From IMG/VR virus record IMGVR_UViG_3300024336_000005, positions 1 through 64,000 of that record: a stretch of DNA of 64,000 nt; one strand, 5' to 3'. Shown one piece after another: positions 1 to 11,100 of this stretch (position 1 is its first letter; each line of letters begins with the position of its first letter). The position numbers and the translations under genes were made by a program. A model generated the notes under the pieces. That model saw nothing but the letters and a program-made list of their open reading frames with translations. It did not search any database and had not been told where the DNA came from.

Positions 1-895
1 TGAACTTCAACTTAATGACAACCTCAAGGCCAATCAAACGAGGAGCTCTTATCTGAATGTTCATGCCTACCGCAGACAGCCTAGAGATTTTGTCTTGCGC
101 TTGGATGAGTGTAGTGTTTGAGACCTCGCCGCTCACGGTGTCGATTATCATATCTGCTGTTCCTATCCCTCTGAAGAGGTCTAGTGTTACAACATCCGAA
201 ACGGAAGGGAGCTGAAGGATGCCCAATCTGATTGCGACAGCGTTTGCTGTCTCAGCTGAGAGAACTGCATTTTGGATTCTGAACCTATAGAAGTCATCCA
301 GCTCCTCTTCTGTGCCGCTATCAATTGCAGAAACATTCTCTACTACAAGCTCTAGCGATGGGTGGGCGGAGTATGCTGTGAAGTCTATCTCGGTAATGGT
401 GCCTGCTGAGACGTTGCCGTCGATGCCTGAGTCCAACGCCCTTGCGCCTACGAAGTCCTCTGTGTCCGTTGGGACCAGAGTCAGCGAGCCGCTTGTTGAG
501 TACTTGAACACGCCATCTGTGCTCTGTAGTATCGTTCCACTTGGAATTGTGATTGGGGTTCCATTGTTCAAGTCGCTGAATGAGGTGCCTGATGGGGATG
601 AGATCCTCATCGTTTGGCTGCCTGACGTGACCGCCGCTGAGGTGGATTGCTTTCTGGGAGCTCCTACAAGAGAGCCAAGAAAGTCTAGGTAGACTCCTTT
701 GGCTCCGCTCAACAGGCTTAGCACTACGTTAGCTGAGACTATGTCTTCTAGTCTCTCTGCTTCTGCGGCCATGACAGACAAGAGGGACCGGGTCTTTGAA
801 CCAGGGGAGAAGCGTGTTAGCTGCGAGCTGTTGTCCAGTTGGTCTAGCGCGCGCTCGAGAATGTCGGACGCTCGTTCTGTTGTTAGGTCTGCCAT
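1..895 (-). CDS. Baseplate J-like wedge protein (runs off the window's left end; absent from the ORF track)
   Basis: Manual translation from the ATG at 895: MADLTTERASDIL...FSPGSKTRSLL...GAKGVYLDFLG..VGAPR...GTEEELDDFYRFRI...GIGTAD. These are typical baseplate-J motifs, and the gene follows a gp25/XkdS-like gene. Confidence 0.85.
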   Translation of the reverse strand, partial: MADLTTERASDILERALDQLDNSSQLTRFSPGSKTRSLLSVMAAEAERLEDIVSANVVLSLLSGAKGVYLDFLGSLVGAPRKQSTSAAVTSGSQTMRISSPSGTSFSDLNNGTPITIPSGTILQSTDGVFKYSTSGSLTLVPTDTEDFVGARALDSGIDGNVSAGTITEIDFTAYSAHPSLELVVENVSAIDSGTEEELDDFYRFRIQNAVLSAETANAVAIRLGILQLPSVSDVVTLDLFRGIGTADMIIDTVSGEVSNTTLIQAQDKISRLSAVGMNIQIRAPRLIGLEVVIKLKF

Positions 896-1309
896 TTAGT
901 ATCCTATGAAGCGCTGGGTGTCAGAGTCATATCCAATCGTAACATCTAACTCACCTTCTGAAGTTGAAATGATTATTCTGAATAGGGCAATGCTCGTTCC
1001 TACTTGAATGGGAACGACTTCAAATTCGCCTGCCTGTAGCAGTCGGTCAAATGTTAGAGCGTCTTCTACTCGTCTTACGATCCTGTTTATGTGCTCTGCT
1101 GTTGCGGCGTCTCCTAAGAATGAAGCTAAGTTGGCTCCAATCGATGGAGCCAACTTCCAGTCACCTTGATCTGCCTTGAGCCTGTCTCTGATCTCTTGTA
1201 TCACAGCCCGCCCATAGGTGGGCTTGGTATCCCTCAGGTCCCCAGATGAATCTATATCAAGATCTCCGATGTCTGAGAACCATAGGTCTACTTCTGTGTA
1301 CTTGCTCAT
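896..1309 (-). CDS. Baseplate wedge/sheath initiator (gp25/XkdS-like)
   Basis: DLDIDSSGDL...QEIRDRLKADQGDWKLAPSIGANL motif; 137 aa; directly upstream of baseplate J. Confidence 0.75.
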   Translation of the reverse strand: MSKYTEVDLWFSDIGDLDIDSSGDLRDTKPTYGRAVIQEIRDRLKADQGDWKLAPSIGANLASFLGDAATAEHINRIVRRVEDALTFDRLLQAGEFEVVPIQVGTSIALFRIIISTSEGELDVTIGYDSDTQRFIGY

Positions 1310-1746
1310 AGTAGTCCAGCCATTGCAGCGACTACTGCTGTGGTCTTAACGTAGAGAGCGACAGCCTCAAGAGGGGGAGAGAATTGCATTACAGGGATGG
1401 GCGTCATGATTGTTGACGGTGCGGCCGAAAGTAGTAAATCATTGAGCACCCAGAGCCCTGCAATACGAATCGATGATGGTGAGTTTGTGAATCCTACTGG
1501 CCCTCTGAGTACGGTGCCAGTTCCTCCTACGACCGAGACGCCGAGTGGCTCTGCATCTTCAGCCTCTGGAGTTGAGATGTCCACGATGTTTGTGCCGATG
1601 GCAACGCATCCCGTTGCTCCACTCCCACCCTTTAGAAGTCTTGTCCTGCGCCCTCTGGGGCGATTGCGAATCTTCACAAGCACGGCTAGCTGGTCTTCTG
1701 TCTCAGCAGACCTGGCTCTTTCCTCAAGGTTTTCTAAGACTGCCAT
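1306..1746 (-). CDS. Hypothetical baseplate protein
   Basis: Overlaps both neighbours within the baseplate cluster. Confidence 0.55.
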   Translation of the reverse strand: MAVLENLEERARSAETEDQLAVLVKIRNRPRGRRTRLLKGGSGATGCVAIGTNIVDISTPEAEDAEPLGVSVVGGTGTVLRGPVGFTNSPSSIRIAGLWVLNDLLLSAAPSTIMTPIPVMQFSPPLEAVALYVKTTAVVAAMAGLL

Positions 1747-2114
1747 TAGCTTACTGCCCAGGAGCCTCTAATGGGAACATAAGACATGGCCTCATCGCCA
1801 CCCTCTTCGTGTCCCATCATTACGAACCCCTTTTTGTACTGTGATCCAATGAAGAAGATCATACCAGACTCTCCAGGCTGAGGGGCAATATCTTCCGCGC
1901 CTCTTCCTGGAAGCAGTAGGGGAAACTTTGTGTCCCCTACCTTTCCTTTTATGACCTCTCCTCCGTCGCCTATCGTATCCCCAGAGATAATGACCGTAAC
2001 CATATTCTCCTTGGGGAACCATTCTTTTATTCTTATAGGCTTTGGTAGCTGCATGACCTGTTGCATAACAGAGCCGATAAGAGACTCGAGTCTTTTAATA
2101 TGTCCCGCTATCAT
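1746..2114 (-). CDS. Putative baseplate spike/OB-fold protein
   Basis: The ATGA overlap with the hub gene suggests a start at 2114 (MIAG). The PQPGESGMIFF pattern resembles gpV/gp45 N-terminal OB folds. Confidence 0.45.
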   Translation of the reverse strand: MIAGHIKRLESLIGSVMQQVMQLPKPIRIKEWFPKENMVTVIISGDTIGDGGEVIKGKVGDTKFPLLLPGRGAEDIAPQPGESGMIFFIGSQYKKGFVMMGHEEGGDEAMSYVPIRGSWAVS

Positions 2115-5100
2115 CTTGCCACCCAGTTGGCCCAACCCTGATCAGCGACCTTAACCGCTTCAGAAAGGCCATCCCCAAAGTACTTCCACTTTCTCGTTAT
2201 AATTGCTCCAAGCGCCCTATCAGATGTCTCTTCGTCGGCGCTGAAGATGTCCTTCACAACAAGCCCATCGGACTCCATTCCCTCTACTCCTGCGATGAAG
2301 GGCTTTCCCTGCTTAATCAAAGGAACGATGATTATGGGTTCTCTTGTGAGGTTGTACTTCAAGAACTTGTATAGAAGTGAGCCAGCGACAATCCCAGAGA
2401 CTGCAACTGTGATGGGAAGGCCGGCTGTAGCAACTACTCCTAACCCTCCTGCAATAACACCACCCACTCCAGATGTGAGACCAACTCCAGCTACAGCGCC
2501 AGATGCTGCGGCTGCAGCACCCGTAGCCGTAGCCGACACTGTGGCTCCCGCTAGCGCAGACGTTGCAAGAGCCCCTCCTCCAATAGCAGCTGTTCCTGCT
2601 CCAGATATGGCGGAGTTTGTGAAGTCCTTAATAGTCTCAGTAAAGAAAGCGCCCATGGCGTCTGCCATGGTAACTGTAAGCCCCTCCTTTACTTCTACAA
2701 TCATATTAGGCACAACCTCTGTAATGAAGCCTACGTCTGAGGACAAGGTATGCACAACCTCCTCAATCTCCACAGGTCCAGCCATGTCTGAATAGTTATC
2801 ATAGATCCATACATAATCATACGGCTTCAGCTTTGGCTTCCCTACGATAATGATATCTCCCTTATAGGTTCTCTTTAGTGAGTTGGCCATAAGCTGAGAA
2901 GCATACCTTCTTGCGAGGTTGCTTGTTGAGCAGTTTGGCCAACTCTCGATGACCCTTCTTATGTGATGCTCTTTGATATTGTCATCAGCATTTACGATAA
3001 GTGACTCGGCTGAGCCGCCGTCGTCAAAGTCGGCTAGATTGACATTATTGTCTGAGTATCTAAGCTCGACGCTGTTGAACGTGTCTCGATGGTCGCACCT
3101 TATGTTGTTGCTGATTATATCATGCATGCTCGTAACAAGCTCGTAGTTCCTGAAAGACCTCATCCTTCCCTCTTGATGATACATTGTCGACTTCCAGAAC
3201 TTAGCATCAGGGATAGATTTTATGTCTCCCTCCTCTGTAAGGGCTGCCATCTCCTGGATTCTTTTGTACTGCTCCTTTGCATGAGGTTGATAAACTGCTA
3301 GGTCATCAACACTTTCGCCGAATCTGTTCCCGCTCGCAAGGACCCTTGTACCCTGAGAGAAGAGCTCTTTTCTAGACTGCTGGAGGAGGACGTCCTGCCC
3401 CTGGTCCGCCAGCTCCTGGCTGAGCGGACTCGACTGAGAAGAGAGGGCATCCAGTTGCCGCTTCTGGGTGTCGTATCCAAGGCCAACGATGCTTTCCCTC
3501 TTGTCAAAATCCATCTTGTTTCCGAGCGCCTCGGCTTCTCGTTCTTGTGATGTTTTTGCGGGACGATATAGATATTCCATTGATGGATGGCCGAAGAACA
3601 TTGTCATACGGGCGTCGATGCCGTCCCCATAGGGGACTGGATAAGCTATATAACCGGGGTGGCGGAGCTCTGCTTCCTTAAAAACATCCCACACCGTGGT
3701 GTCGAAGAAGACATACTCTAGGTCTCCCCAGAATCTTTCCCATCCAGATGAATAGGTTTCGAAGTCAGGTATGAAGATGTTGTCATCTTGAGCGCCTGGC
3801 TTCCATGTCCAGACTCTTTTAGTCTGGCCATCTGGCCGAAGCTTCTCTGTCCCAAAGAGTGGACCGAGCAGGTCAATGTCCTTGAGGTGCCATCTTCCGA
3901 AGTGGCGAACTTCCTCTCTGTCCATGCAGTCATGCAATAGATCTGATGTCTCTACGTTCCATTGGTCAGCATTCGCTGAGGGGTCTGTCCCAAAGCGATG
4001 CGAGACGAGCTCTGAGCCATAGCTCTGAGCAATAATCTCTACCAAGTGAGAGCCGGACCATGAGGCAATCTGGCCGACGAACATTGTCTCTAGTTGAGCT
4101 GGGTCATTGCTGTATCCAAACTTGACTACGACCTTCATTCCCTCTTTGATTACGGTATCCAAGAAAGGGTTTCTCGCTCCCTGAGACTTGGTCAGTCGAT
4201 TACCGAATGCATCTCCTTCCTTTAGGTACTTCCTATTATAAAGAACTCCGTCGAGGTCCATGATCTGCATGACACAAACGTCCGCTGCCATAGTCTTGCT
4301 CTTAATGATGCGGACTTCCTTGACAGAGTTGACTCCGTAGAAATCATCAAGGGCGTAGGATGTGAAGAGCTTGGCCTCGAGCTTGGTGTCCGAGTTGCGC
4401 GACTCCTCTCCGTTCTCTTCGACGAAGAATACCTTGAATGTGGGGAAGCATCTTCTCGCTGTGTAATGGTCTGATTCGTATGAGGTGGCGAACTTCTGAA
4501 AGATCTTCTTATACTCACCCTCTTCAAATATGTGCATTGTCTTGTTCAAGTTGAAGGAGTCTTCTGTGAAGTCGGCCTTTGCAGGGGAGTTCTGCATATG
4601 CATGTTCAAGGACTTCTTTCTCTTGTAAGTCTTCTTTCCCTCTCTGTTCTTAAATCTTCTGTCGATGCCTTGGGTGGTTCTGCTTACTCCAGGTTGCCCC
4701 AGCTTTCCTCTGGCTCCAGAGATCATTGCTCCCTGAAGGTCAGGTCCTACTGGACCACCCCCTATTGCTGCTGTTACAAAGTCTTCACGGAATTGCTTCT
4801 GTCCGTTCACATACCCCTTGAACTCCCCTCCATTCTGCTTAAGGTATGAGCCGTCTTGGCCTTCGTGGACGGGGCGAATGCCACCGTCCACTGCGGGGTC
4901 GACCCCGTAAGCGTGCCTGTGCCCTTGTACGGAATCGTCCATAGCTTTGAATGATTCCCTTATGCCTAGCTTCTTTGGCATTCCATTGACTGCTGATCCG
5001 TGCACAATCTCCAATAGGTTCGAGTTGCATAGCTTAACGTCAGACTCGTTGTACAAAAAGAAGTCTGGAGTCATGTCTATAGCAAGGCCTGTTATGGGGT

Positions 5101-8100
5101 TGGGCGGGAGGAGGAGGTCTGGGTACGCCTCGTGCTGTGGCTGGTATGCCCGCGCCTTTGTGATCTTCTTCAGGATCTTAGGGAAGGCTAGATCCCCAAG
5201 GCCGTCCTCTGCTGTTCCTGCGATTGTGATGACTCTTCTTACAAGGGCCTTTAGTGTAGTGTGGTCCGGTCCTTCTGGCGAAGCCATTCCCAGATCTAAG
5301 CCAAAGTAATCCTTTAAAGATCTGCGCTTCTTGGATCCAAATAGAATGATCCATACAGCCTCTGGAAAATCTATGGCAACATACTGAGGTGGGATGTTTT
5401 TGCCATATGCCTTTGAATACTCTTCTCCGGAGATTATACGGCGCCCTTCAAACGATCCGCTTAAGGAGATCCTTCTACTGGTGGCCACACTAGAGGATAG
5501 ATCTGCTATGTCCTGCAGAGTTTTCCCAACCACAGGAATCGAAGGATTGGCATTAAAAACGACAGCCCCTGCGCTGGCGTTGTTGGATGTCAACTGCTCA
5601 AAGAATTCTACTTTGTTCTGGGCTTCGAAGCGCAAAAGGTCCCAGCTCTTTTGCCCAATCCTAACGCCATTGTAGATGGCGTTAGGGCCCTTGGCTTCAA
5701 TCTCTTGCAGCGCTGCCTTGGCTAGTTCTAGCTTAGGGTCTACTGACTTATTAGATACCGCCCCTTTCTTTGCGTGGGGTACTATCCAACCGTTCTGAAG
5801 GATCCTTATGAGGCCTTCATGGAAGATGGTGTCTAGATCTAGGCTATCCGTTCCGGTTAACAAGGGGCGTAGGGCTGGGTTAGTCGTGGCGTCGATTACC
5901 GATAGGTTGACGATCAGACCATTGGGGTTCCCAGGGACCGTGTCTACTGTGAGGTTCTCTATCATCACCTCTCTGAGGTTCATGGAGTTGAGGAGGGCGT
6001 TCTTTATGCGAATGCCCCTCTTGTCGGAGAACTCTCTGAAGTAGATGGCCGCCTCTTCTGAAGAGTTAACTAGAGACTTCAGCTGAGAAAGGAACTCTCT
6101 GCCTGCCTCACCTTCGCATCTTAGTGAGATGGTCGCAGCTGTGTGCTGCCCTCCAGTGTACTGCACTGTCGGGAACCTGTGCCCCTCTAGTGGGATCATA
6201 GCTAGGTTGGTGGCAAAGCCAACGCTGATTGCCAAGGGGATCACTCCAACTGATTCGTCAGGAACTGCCAGTGTGATGCCCTTAATCATAGCAGGCTTCC
6301 CTGTGATGACATTCTTTCTTAAAAGCCATCCTGTTGAAGCTAGCTCGACTATGGCGTCGTAGACCTTTCTGGTTCCCTGGTCAATCTGAGGAGACTTGTT
6401 TAGTTGACGGCGGACCTCGGCGTTAAGAGCTGGTCCCTGAATGCCCTCCACGCCAAGGCCTTCGGCAATGATAGTTACAGCATCGTTCGGATCAATGTCT
6501 ACAACCTCTTCCATCTTGGTCTTACTGGTGCTGACGTTCCCCTTTAGAAGCCTCTCTGCCTGCTGCTGCACACGCTCCTCTGTTGAACCTTTACCCTGAC
6601 GATAGAACCTAACGGCACTAACGGCTTGTGTGATCCCAAGGACCGTTAGCCTATTGGCCCCTCCCTTCTCCCACTTTGATCCGACCCTATCTGCTGAGGC
6701 GATCCTGTCATCTCTGGTCTTACCCTTCATGCTCAGGGGATGGATAAAGCTTGTAACTCCCTGCAGTGACTCTCCAGTTCTTCTTATGTCAAGTACTGCC
6801 TTGACCTGCTCTATCCTTGTGTCCAGCGTGGCCGCCTTGGGAACCCTAGCGCTGGAATACTTTCTTCTGCCACCCTGCTTTCCTGTTACGTTGCCAGGAC
6901 CCACGGCATACCACCATACACTTCTGCCTTTTCTTAGGGCATTGTTGAATAGCGAATGGATGATGGCCTGCCTCTCTTCTAGAGATCCTCTAGGCTGCTC
7001 TGAGTTGAGAACAATAGCAGCAACAAGGATGTCCTCATGGACATTCAACTTCCTTGCCCAGGTGACTATGTCACCTTCCCTTAGGGTTCCCGAAGTGGTG
7101 CTAACGTCAAGACCCCTTGATCTTCTTTCTTTTCTCTCTTTCTCAAGCTGGACGTCTGCCTCAGCATCAGTGATCTTAATGATAGAATCTAGAACCTCTT
7201 TGGGAGGTGACTTTATTATGTCGAACCCAAAGGAGATATCCTTGTCAAAGGAGTCAAGAACATAGGGAGGGAACTGAAGAAGAGATGCAGCAGCTGAGGA
7301 CTGGACGCCTCCCATCTTATCCCCAATATTTGTTGACTCGTATCTATACGGCCATAGGTACTCATGCAGGGGCCTGGCTTTATGGATGTCCTCTGAGTTA
7401 GTTCTTGCTGCAGCGGCATTGAAGGCCACTGAAGGGTGGCCATAGTTCTCAATGAACTTGGCCCTGCCTGGGTGCTCAGCTCTGTCCTTCTCTGTGCTGC
7501 CGTCCCAATATCTATCAGACATCCCTTTTACAACACCCTTAGTTCCATCAGCCCACTCTGTCCTGAACTTTATCTTAGGCATGAAGGGGCGGTGGTTAAA
7601 CCACACAAATTGAAACTCTGCTGTTATGGCATTTGGCATGCCAGGTACAGTGCTGATGTTCACCGACTGAATGAAGGCTCCTATGTTCTCGCCTGTTAGC
7701 ACCTCATAATCTGCATCGCCAAGCTTAACGACCTTCTTGTAGGAAGCAATGGGAAGGTTTCTGCGCAGCAACTCGTTGTCCAGGAAGCACATGGGCATCT
7801 TCTTTAGACTGTAGAGGATAGGCATCAAGGTCTCGTTTAATGTTCTTAGAGCGCTTGCGCCACTTGTTGGCACTCGCGCTTCGCGCCCTGTGATGCCAGT
7901 AAAGATGGCTCTAACCGAGATGTTGATTCTGCTGTGGCCACTTCGTACCTTTGACGACTCTCTAGTTCTGAGAGTCTGATACTTGTGGTTAAAGTTCTCT
8001 TCTGAGATAGATATCCCCTGAGGATCTACTGGAAAGCGGATCCCATTGATTTCGAACTGACCGTGAAGCAGAGGTCCAGGCACAAGGGCTGTGCCATTCT

Positions 8101-8188
8101 GGTCTGTATGGTACACGACCCTTTGACTCTTCGAGACGCGGTTGAATTCTTCTGGGAGATTCCCAGCTTTAATCTGAAATTCTTTCAT
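2111..8188 (-). CDS. Large baseplate hub-like virion protein with a possible SleB/Hydrolase_2-like muralytic domain
   Basis: 2025 aa. Hub-like segments (IKEGMKVVVKFGYSND..LETMFVG; GKPKLKPYDYVWIYD..GPVEIEEVVH). Internal AAIVLNSEQ...AIIHSLFN...KYSS...TSFIHP segment. Gly/Ala hydrophobic C-terminus. Confidence 0.6.
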   Translation of the reverse strand: MKEFQIKAGNLPEEFNRVSKSQRVVYHTDQNGTALVPGPLLHGQFEINGIRFPVDPQGISISEENFNHKYQTLRTRESSKVRSGHSRINISVRAIFTGITGREARVPTSGASALRTLNETLMPILYSLKKMPMCFLDNELLRRNLPIASYKKVVKLGDADYEVLTGENIGAFIQSVNISTVPGMPNAITAEFQFVWFNHRPFMPKIKFRTEWADGTKGVVKGMSDRYWDGSTEKDRAEHPGRAKFIENYGHPSVAFNAAAARTNSEDIHKARPLHEYLWPYRYESTNIGDKMGGVQSSAAASLLQFPPYVLDSFDKDISFGFDIIKSPPKEVLDSIIKITDAEADVQLEKERKERRSRGLDVSTTSGTLREGDIVTWARKLNVHEDILVAAIVLNSEQPRGSLEERQAIIHSLFNNALRKGRSVWWYAVGPGNVTGKQGGRRKYSSARVPKAATLDTRIEQVKAVLDIRRTGESLQGVTSFIHPLSMKGKTRDDRIASADRVGSKWEKGGANRLTVLGITQAVSAVRFYRQGKGSTEERVQQQAERLLKGNVSTSKTKMEEVVDIDPNDAVTIIAEGLGVEGIQGPALNAEVRRQLNKSPQIDQGTRKVYDAIVELASTGWLLRKNVITGKPAMIKGITLAVPDESVGVIPLAISVGFATNLAMIPLEGHRFPTVQYTGGQHTAATISLRCEGEAGREFLSQLKSLVNSSEEAAIYFREFSDKRGIRIKNALLNSMNLREVMIENLTVDTVPGNPNGLIVNLSVIDATTNPALRPLLTGTDSLDLDTIFHEGLIRILQNGWIVPHAKKGAVSNKSVDPKLELAKAALQEIEAKGPNAIYNGVRIGQKSWDLLRFEAQNKVEFFEQLTSNNASAGAVVFNANPSIPVVGKTLQDIADLSSSVATSRRISLSGSFEGRRIISGEEYSKAYGKNIPPQYVAIDFPEAVWIILFGSKKRRSLKDYFGLDLGMASPEGPDHTTLKALVRRVITIAGTAEDGLGDLAFPKILKKITKARAYQPQHEAYPDLLLPPNPITGLAIDMTPDFFLYNESDVKLCNSNLLEIVHGSAVNGMPKKLGIRESFKAMDDSVQGHRHAYGVDPAVDGGIRPVHEGQDGSYLKQNGGEFKGYVNGQKQFREDFVTAAIGGGPVGPDLQGAMISGARGKLGQPGVSRTTQGIDRRFKNREGKKTYKRKKSLNMHMQNSPAKADFTEDSFNLNKTMHIFEEGEYKKIFQKFATSYESDHYTARRCFPTFKVFFVEENGEESRNSDTKLEAKLFTSYALDDFYGVNSVKEVRIIKSKTMAADVCVMQIMDLDGVLYNRKYLKEGDAFGNRLTKSQGARNPFLDTVIKEGMKVVVKFGYSNDPAQLETMFVGQIASWSGSHLVEIIAQSYGSELVSHRFGTDPSANADQWNVETSDLLHDCMDREEVRHFGRWHLKDIDLLGPLFGTEKLRPDGQTKRVWTWKPGAQDDNIFIPDFETYSSGWERFWGDLEYVFFDTTVWDVFKEAELRHPGYIAYPVPYGDGIDARMTMFFGHPSMEYLYRPAKTSQEREAEALGNKMDFDKRESIVGLGYDTQKRQLDALSSQSSPLSQELADQGQDVLLQQSRKELFSQGTRVLASGNRFGESVDDLAVYQPHAKEQYKRIQEMAALTEEGDIKSIPDAKFWKSTMYHQEGRMRSFRNYELVTSMHDIISNNIRCDHRDTFNSVELRYSDNNVNLADFDDGGSAESLIVNADDNIKEHHIRRVIESWPNCSTSNLARRYASQLMANSLKRTYKGDIIIVGKPKLKPYDYVWIYDNYSDMAGPVEIEEVVHTLSSDVGFITEVVPNMIVEVKEGLTVTMADAMGAFFTETIKDFTNSAISGAGTAAIGGGALATSALAGATVSATATGAAAAASGAVAGVGLTSGVGGVIAGGLGVVATAGLPITVAVSGIVAGSLLYKFLKYNLTREPIIIVPLIKQGKPFIAGVEGMESDGLVVKDIFSADEETSDRALGAIITRKWKYFGDGLSEAVKVADQGWANWVAR

Positions 8189-11100
8189 CGATTAAGCCTC
8201 TTCCTTAGGTACTCTTCATTGATTCGCTCTCTGTAGTCGTTCATTGTATATGAAACATTTGCTCCAGGGAAGCGTTCCTGCATCATTCTTGTTGCAGCAC
8301 TTGTGTCAATGTCACCATTAGTTCTACCGCTTATTCTGATGGACCTTCCAGGTCCTGCAGAAACTGGTGCTGATTCCCCAAAGCCTGGGCCATCTTCTGT
8401 TGGACGACCAGCGGAGTGACGAGCTCCGGCTTCATTGGCCATTTCTGCTGTTACATTACCAGGGGAGCTGAGTAGTAACGATGTGGCGACTGCCGCTGCC
8501 GCGCCTATGAGCGCTGGCCGCTTGTGCCTCTTGACCGCCGAAAGAAGATCCTTAAAGGTTCCTGCAGCTGTCTTCAGGTGTGACTTAGTGGCACCTGGTC
8601 CCTGAATGCCTATCTCTTCCATAGCCTTTCTGCCGAATGCAGAATGAGGAGAGGGGGTTGTAGCATCAAGAACTCTATCTGTCAGCCTCATCATGTCGAC
8701 CCCTTCCCTTTTCTTCAGGGTCTTAGTGATGATGTTCTCGTCTTCGTTTCCTGGGTTTGCAATTACAGCATCTATAACCTGTGGGATATACTCTAGCAGC
8801 TTTGGCACTAGCTTTGACGCCCCTCTTGGGTCGTGGATGTTCTTGAAGGCGTTGGTCATTGTGTCAATCTGTTCTTGCCTTGACAGCTTCCCAACTCCCC
8901 TTCCTGTCAAGATGTCATGCATCTGATCAATGGATTCTCCGATGGACTCTTTGAACTTCTCTCTGTATTCCATAAGTCCGCCAGCACCAGCCTGCTTTGC
9001 CTTAAGTGCTGTCTCCGGCATGATTCCCAAAAGCATTTCCGTGAAGAGCCTTCCCTCTGCCTTCTGTCCTGTTGTTGTAGCTCTGAGGTGCTCACGAACA
9101 AAGTCCGTTGCATTGGTCATGGAGCCGATGTATCCCTTCTCCATCTCTGCCATCATTGCCATGCCTGCTTGCTGCTTTTTCCAGGCAGGGGACCCTCTTG
9201 TGACATCCGCTCTAGTTAGAGCGGGGATGTCTCTATCCTTTAGGCCCTTGTATAGCTCCCTCTGTCTGATCTTATAGACATAGTCTTCTGCTGCAAGCTT
9301 TTGCTCAGTTGTTGTGGCGCGGGCTATGGCTTCTTCTGCTGTGGCTCCTTCCGTGAGCATCTCTCCCATGAAGCCTGCGCGCTCCCTAAGTCGGGAGACG
9401 CCGCTTCTATCCTTGCCTAAGATTAGGTCAAGCTGGTCGTCGTCGAAGTCGGCGCCCAAGATTTGTTCCATCTGCTTAGGCAGCCATAGGGCATGCTTAT
9501 CATACTGGCTAAGGAGACCTTCTGTGTACTGCCCCTTCCAGTAGTCCGCTGACCCCTTTAGTGTCTCAGCTTGGATGTTCGCCTGCTTAGCGGCCCAGCT
9601 GCCGTCGTCGATTGCTTTAATCTGCTTATGTATTCTGTTCCTCTCTTTGGTGATACTCTTACTGCTTCTTTTCTTCCCCCCTTTCCTTTTCCTTCCAGAT
9701 TCCTTAAGCGTTTTAAGGTCCTCCTCGAATCCGATTCTTCTTCCTCTTGCCTCTCTGATGGCCTGCTGATGGAACTCATCCCAGAGGTCTCCCCCCTCCA
9801 GCAATGCCTTTCTTGCTGTGTCATGCCTAGACTTATCGAGAGAGAAGAACTCTCTTGAAATCTCACTAGCTGAAAGGCCGCTCATGCGCTGAGACGTATA
9901 GCGTCTCATTGCCTCATCGACTGAGAACATCTCTACAGAAGAGATACGGTGTAACTCTGTGCCTGGCTGCCTTGCCACCACGCCCGCAGCCTTGCCTTGG
10001 CGGAGAGCTGTCATACGCTCATCAAGCTGGCCGCCCCCTACTGCACCCATCTCTCCTAAGATTCGCTCGAACTGAGACTCTCTAATTCCAACCTTATGGG
10101 TGAACTCTTTCCCCATGAACTCTAAGACATCATCTGCGATCTGAGCCCTCGCCTGCTGGCGGAGGGACCCCTGTAGTTTTCCTGAGTACATGGCAGAAGG
10201 GGCTTGCTTCTTCCCAAGGATGATGTCTTGAACCCCTTCGTCGTATGCCGCTACCCCCTTAGCTACATCATCCACCTTGTCGTCCCAATGAGCTTTGGCA
10301 ATATTCTTTGTAGCCTTATCTATTGGACTTGTGGTGATGTCCCCACCAGCAGTTCTGAATCCTCCTGTGTGTGTGCTTATCCCTTCGGGGTGGAAGATTT
10401 GCCTCCCGTCCCCTAGATCAAACAGGAGGTGGCCTGATGTGTTGACTCCAAACTTTTTTCTTACTACTTCGAAGGCATTGCTACGCTCTTTTTGGTTCCT
10501 CCCGAATAGAGAAGACAGGACGGTATCACCGGGCCCTCCAAAGGCCTTCCCAAAGGCCTTCATGTCTATGGTGGATTTGGCAGCGGATTCTCCGACCCCC
10601 TTATAGAACGCACCCATCCTCTTGTAGACATCCTTTGCCTCAGCCGTCTTGTCTCCTGTCAGTCTCCCTGCGAACTCAATCCCAAGGTCTGCCATTACCC
10701 CGCCCTGGGCTTGCATGTGCTTCATCATGGGGAGGTTGAAGGAGCCGGCCTTGCCTGAGCCTACGGTCAGGGTTGGGCTTTGGTTTGCCGAGAAGGACAT
10801 GTTCATAACGCCATACTGCATCTGACCTTGAAGGGAGGCTAACATCTTGTTCCTCATCCCCTCTTCACCGCGCAGCATCTTAAGCGCTTCGGCTCTTCTT
10901 TCTCCTGCGCTTAGATTGGCCTTAGCCTTAAACATTGCCCTGGACGCTTCGTCAAACATCTCCTCGTTGACGCTCATATCTGTGAAGAGCTGCTTGGCCG
11001 ACCAACGTCGCACCTTGTGGTGAGTGCCCTCATGCATTGTCTCTTCGAGCAGTTGCTCGAAGCTCTCTACAATGTTGGTCTTAGTTTCATCAACAACGAA

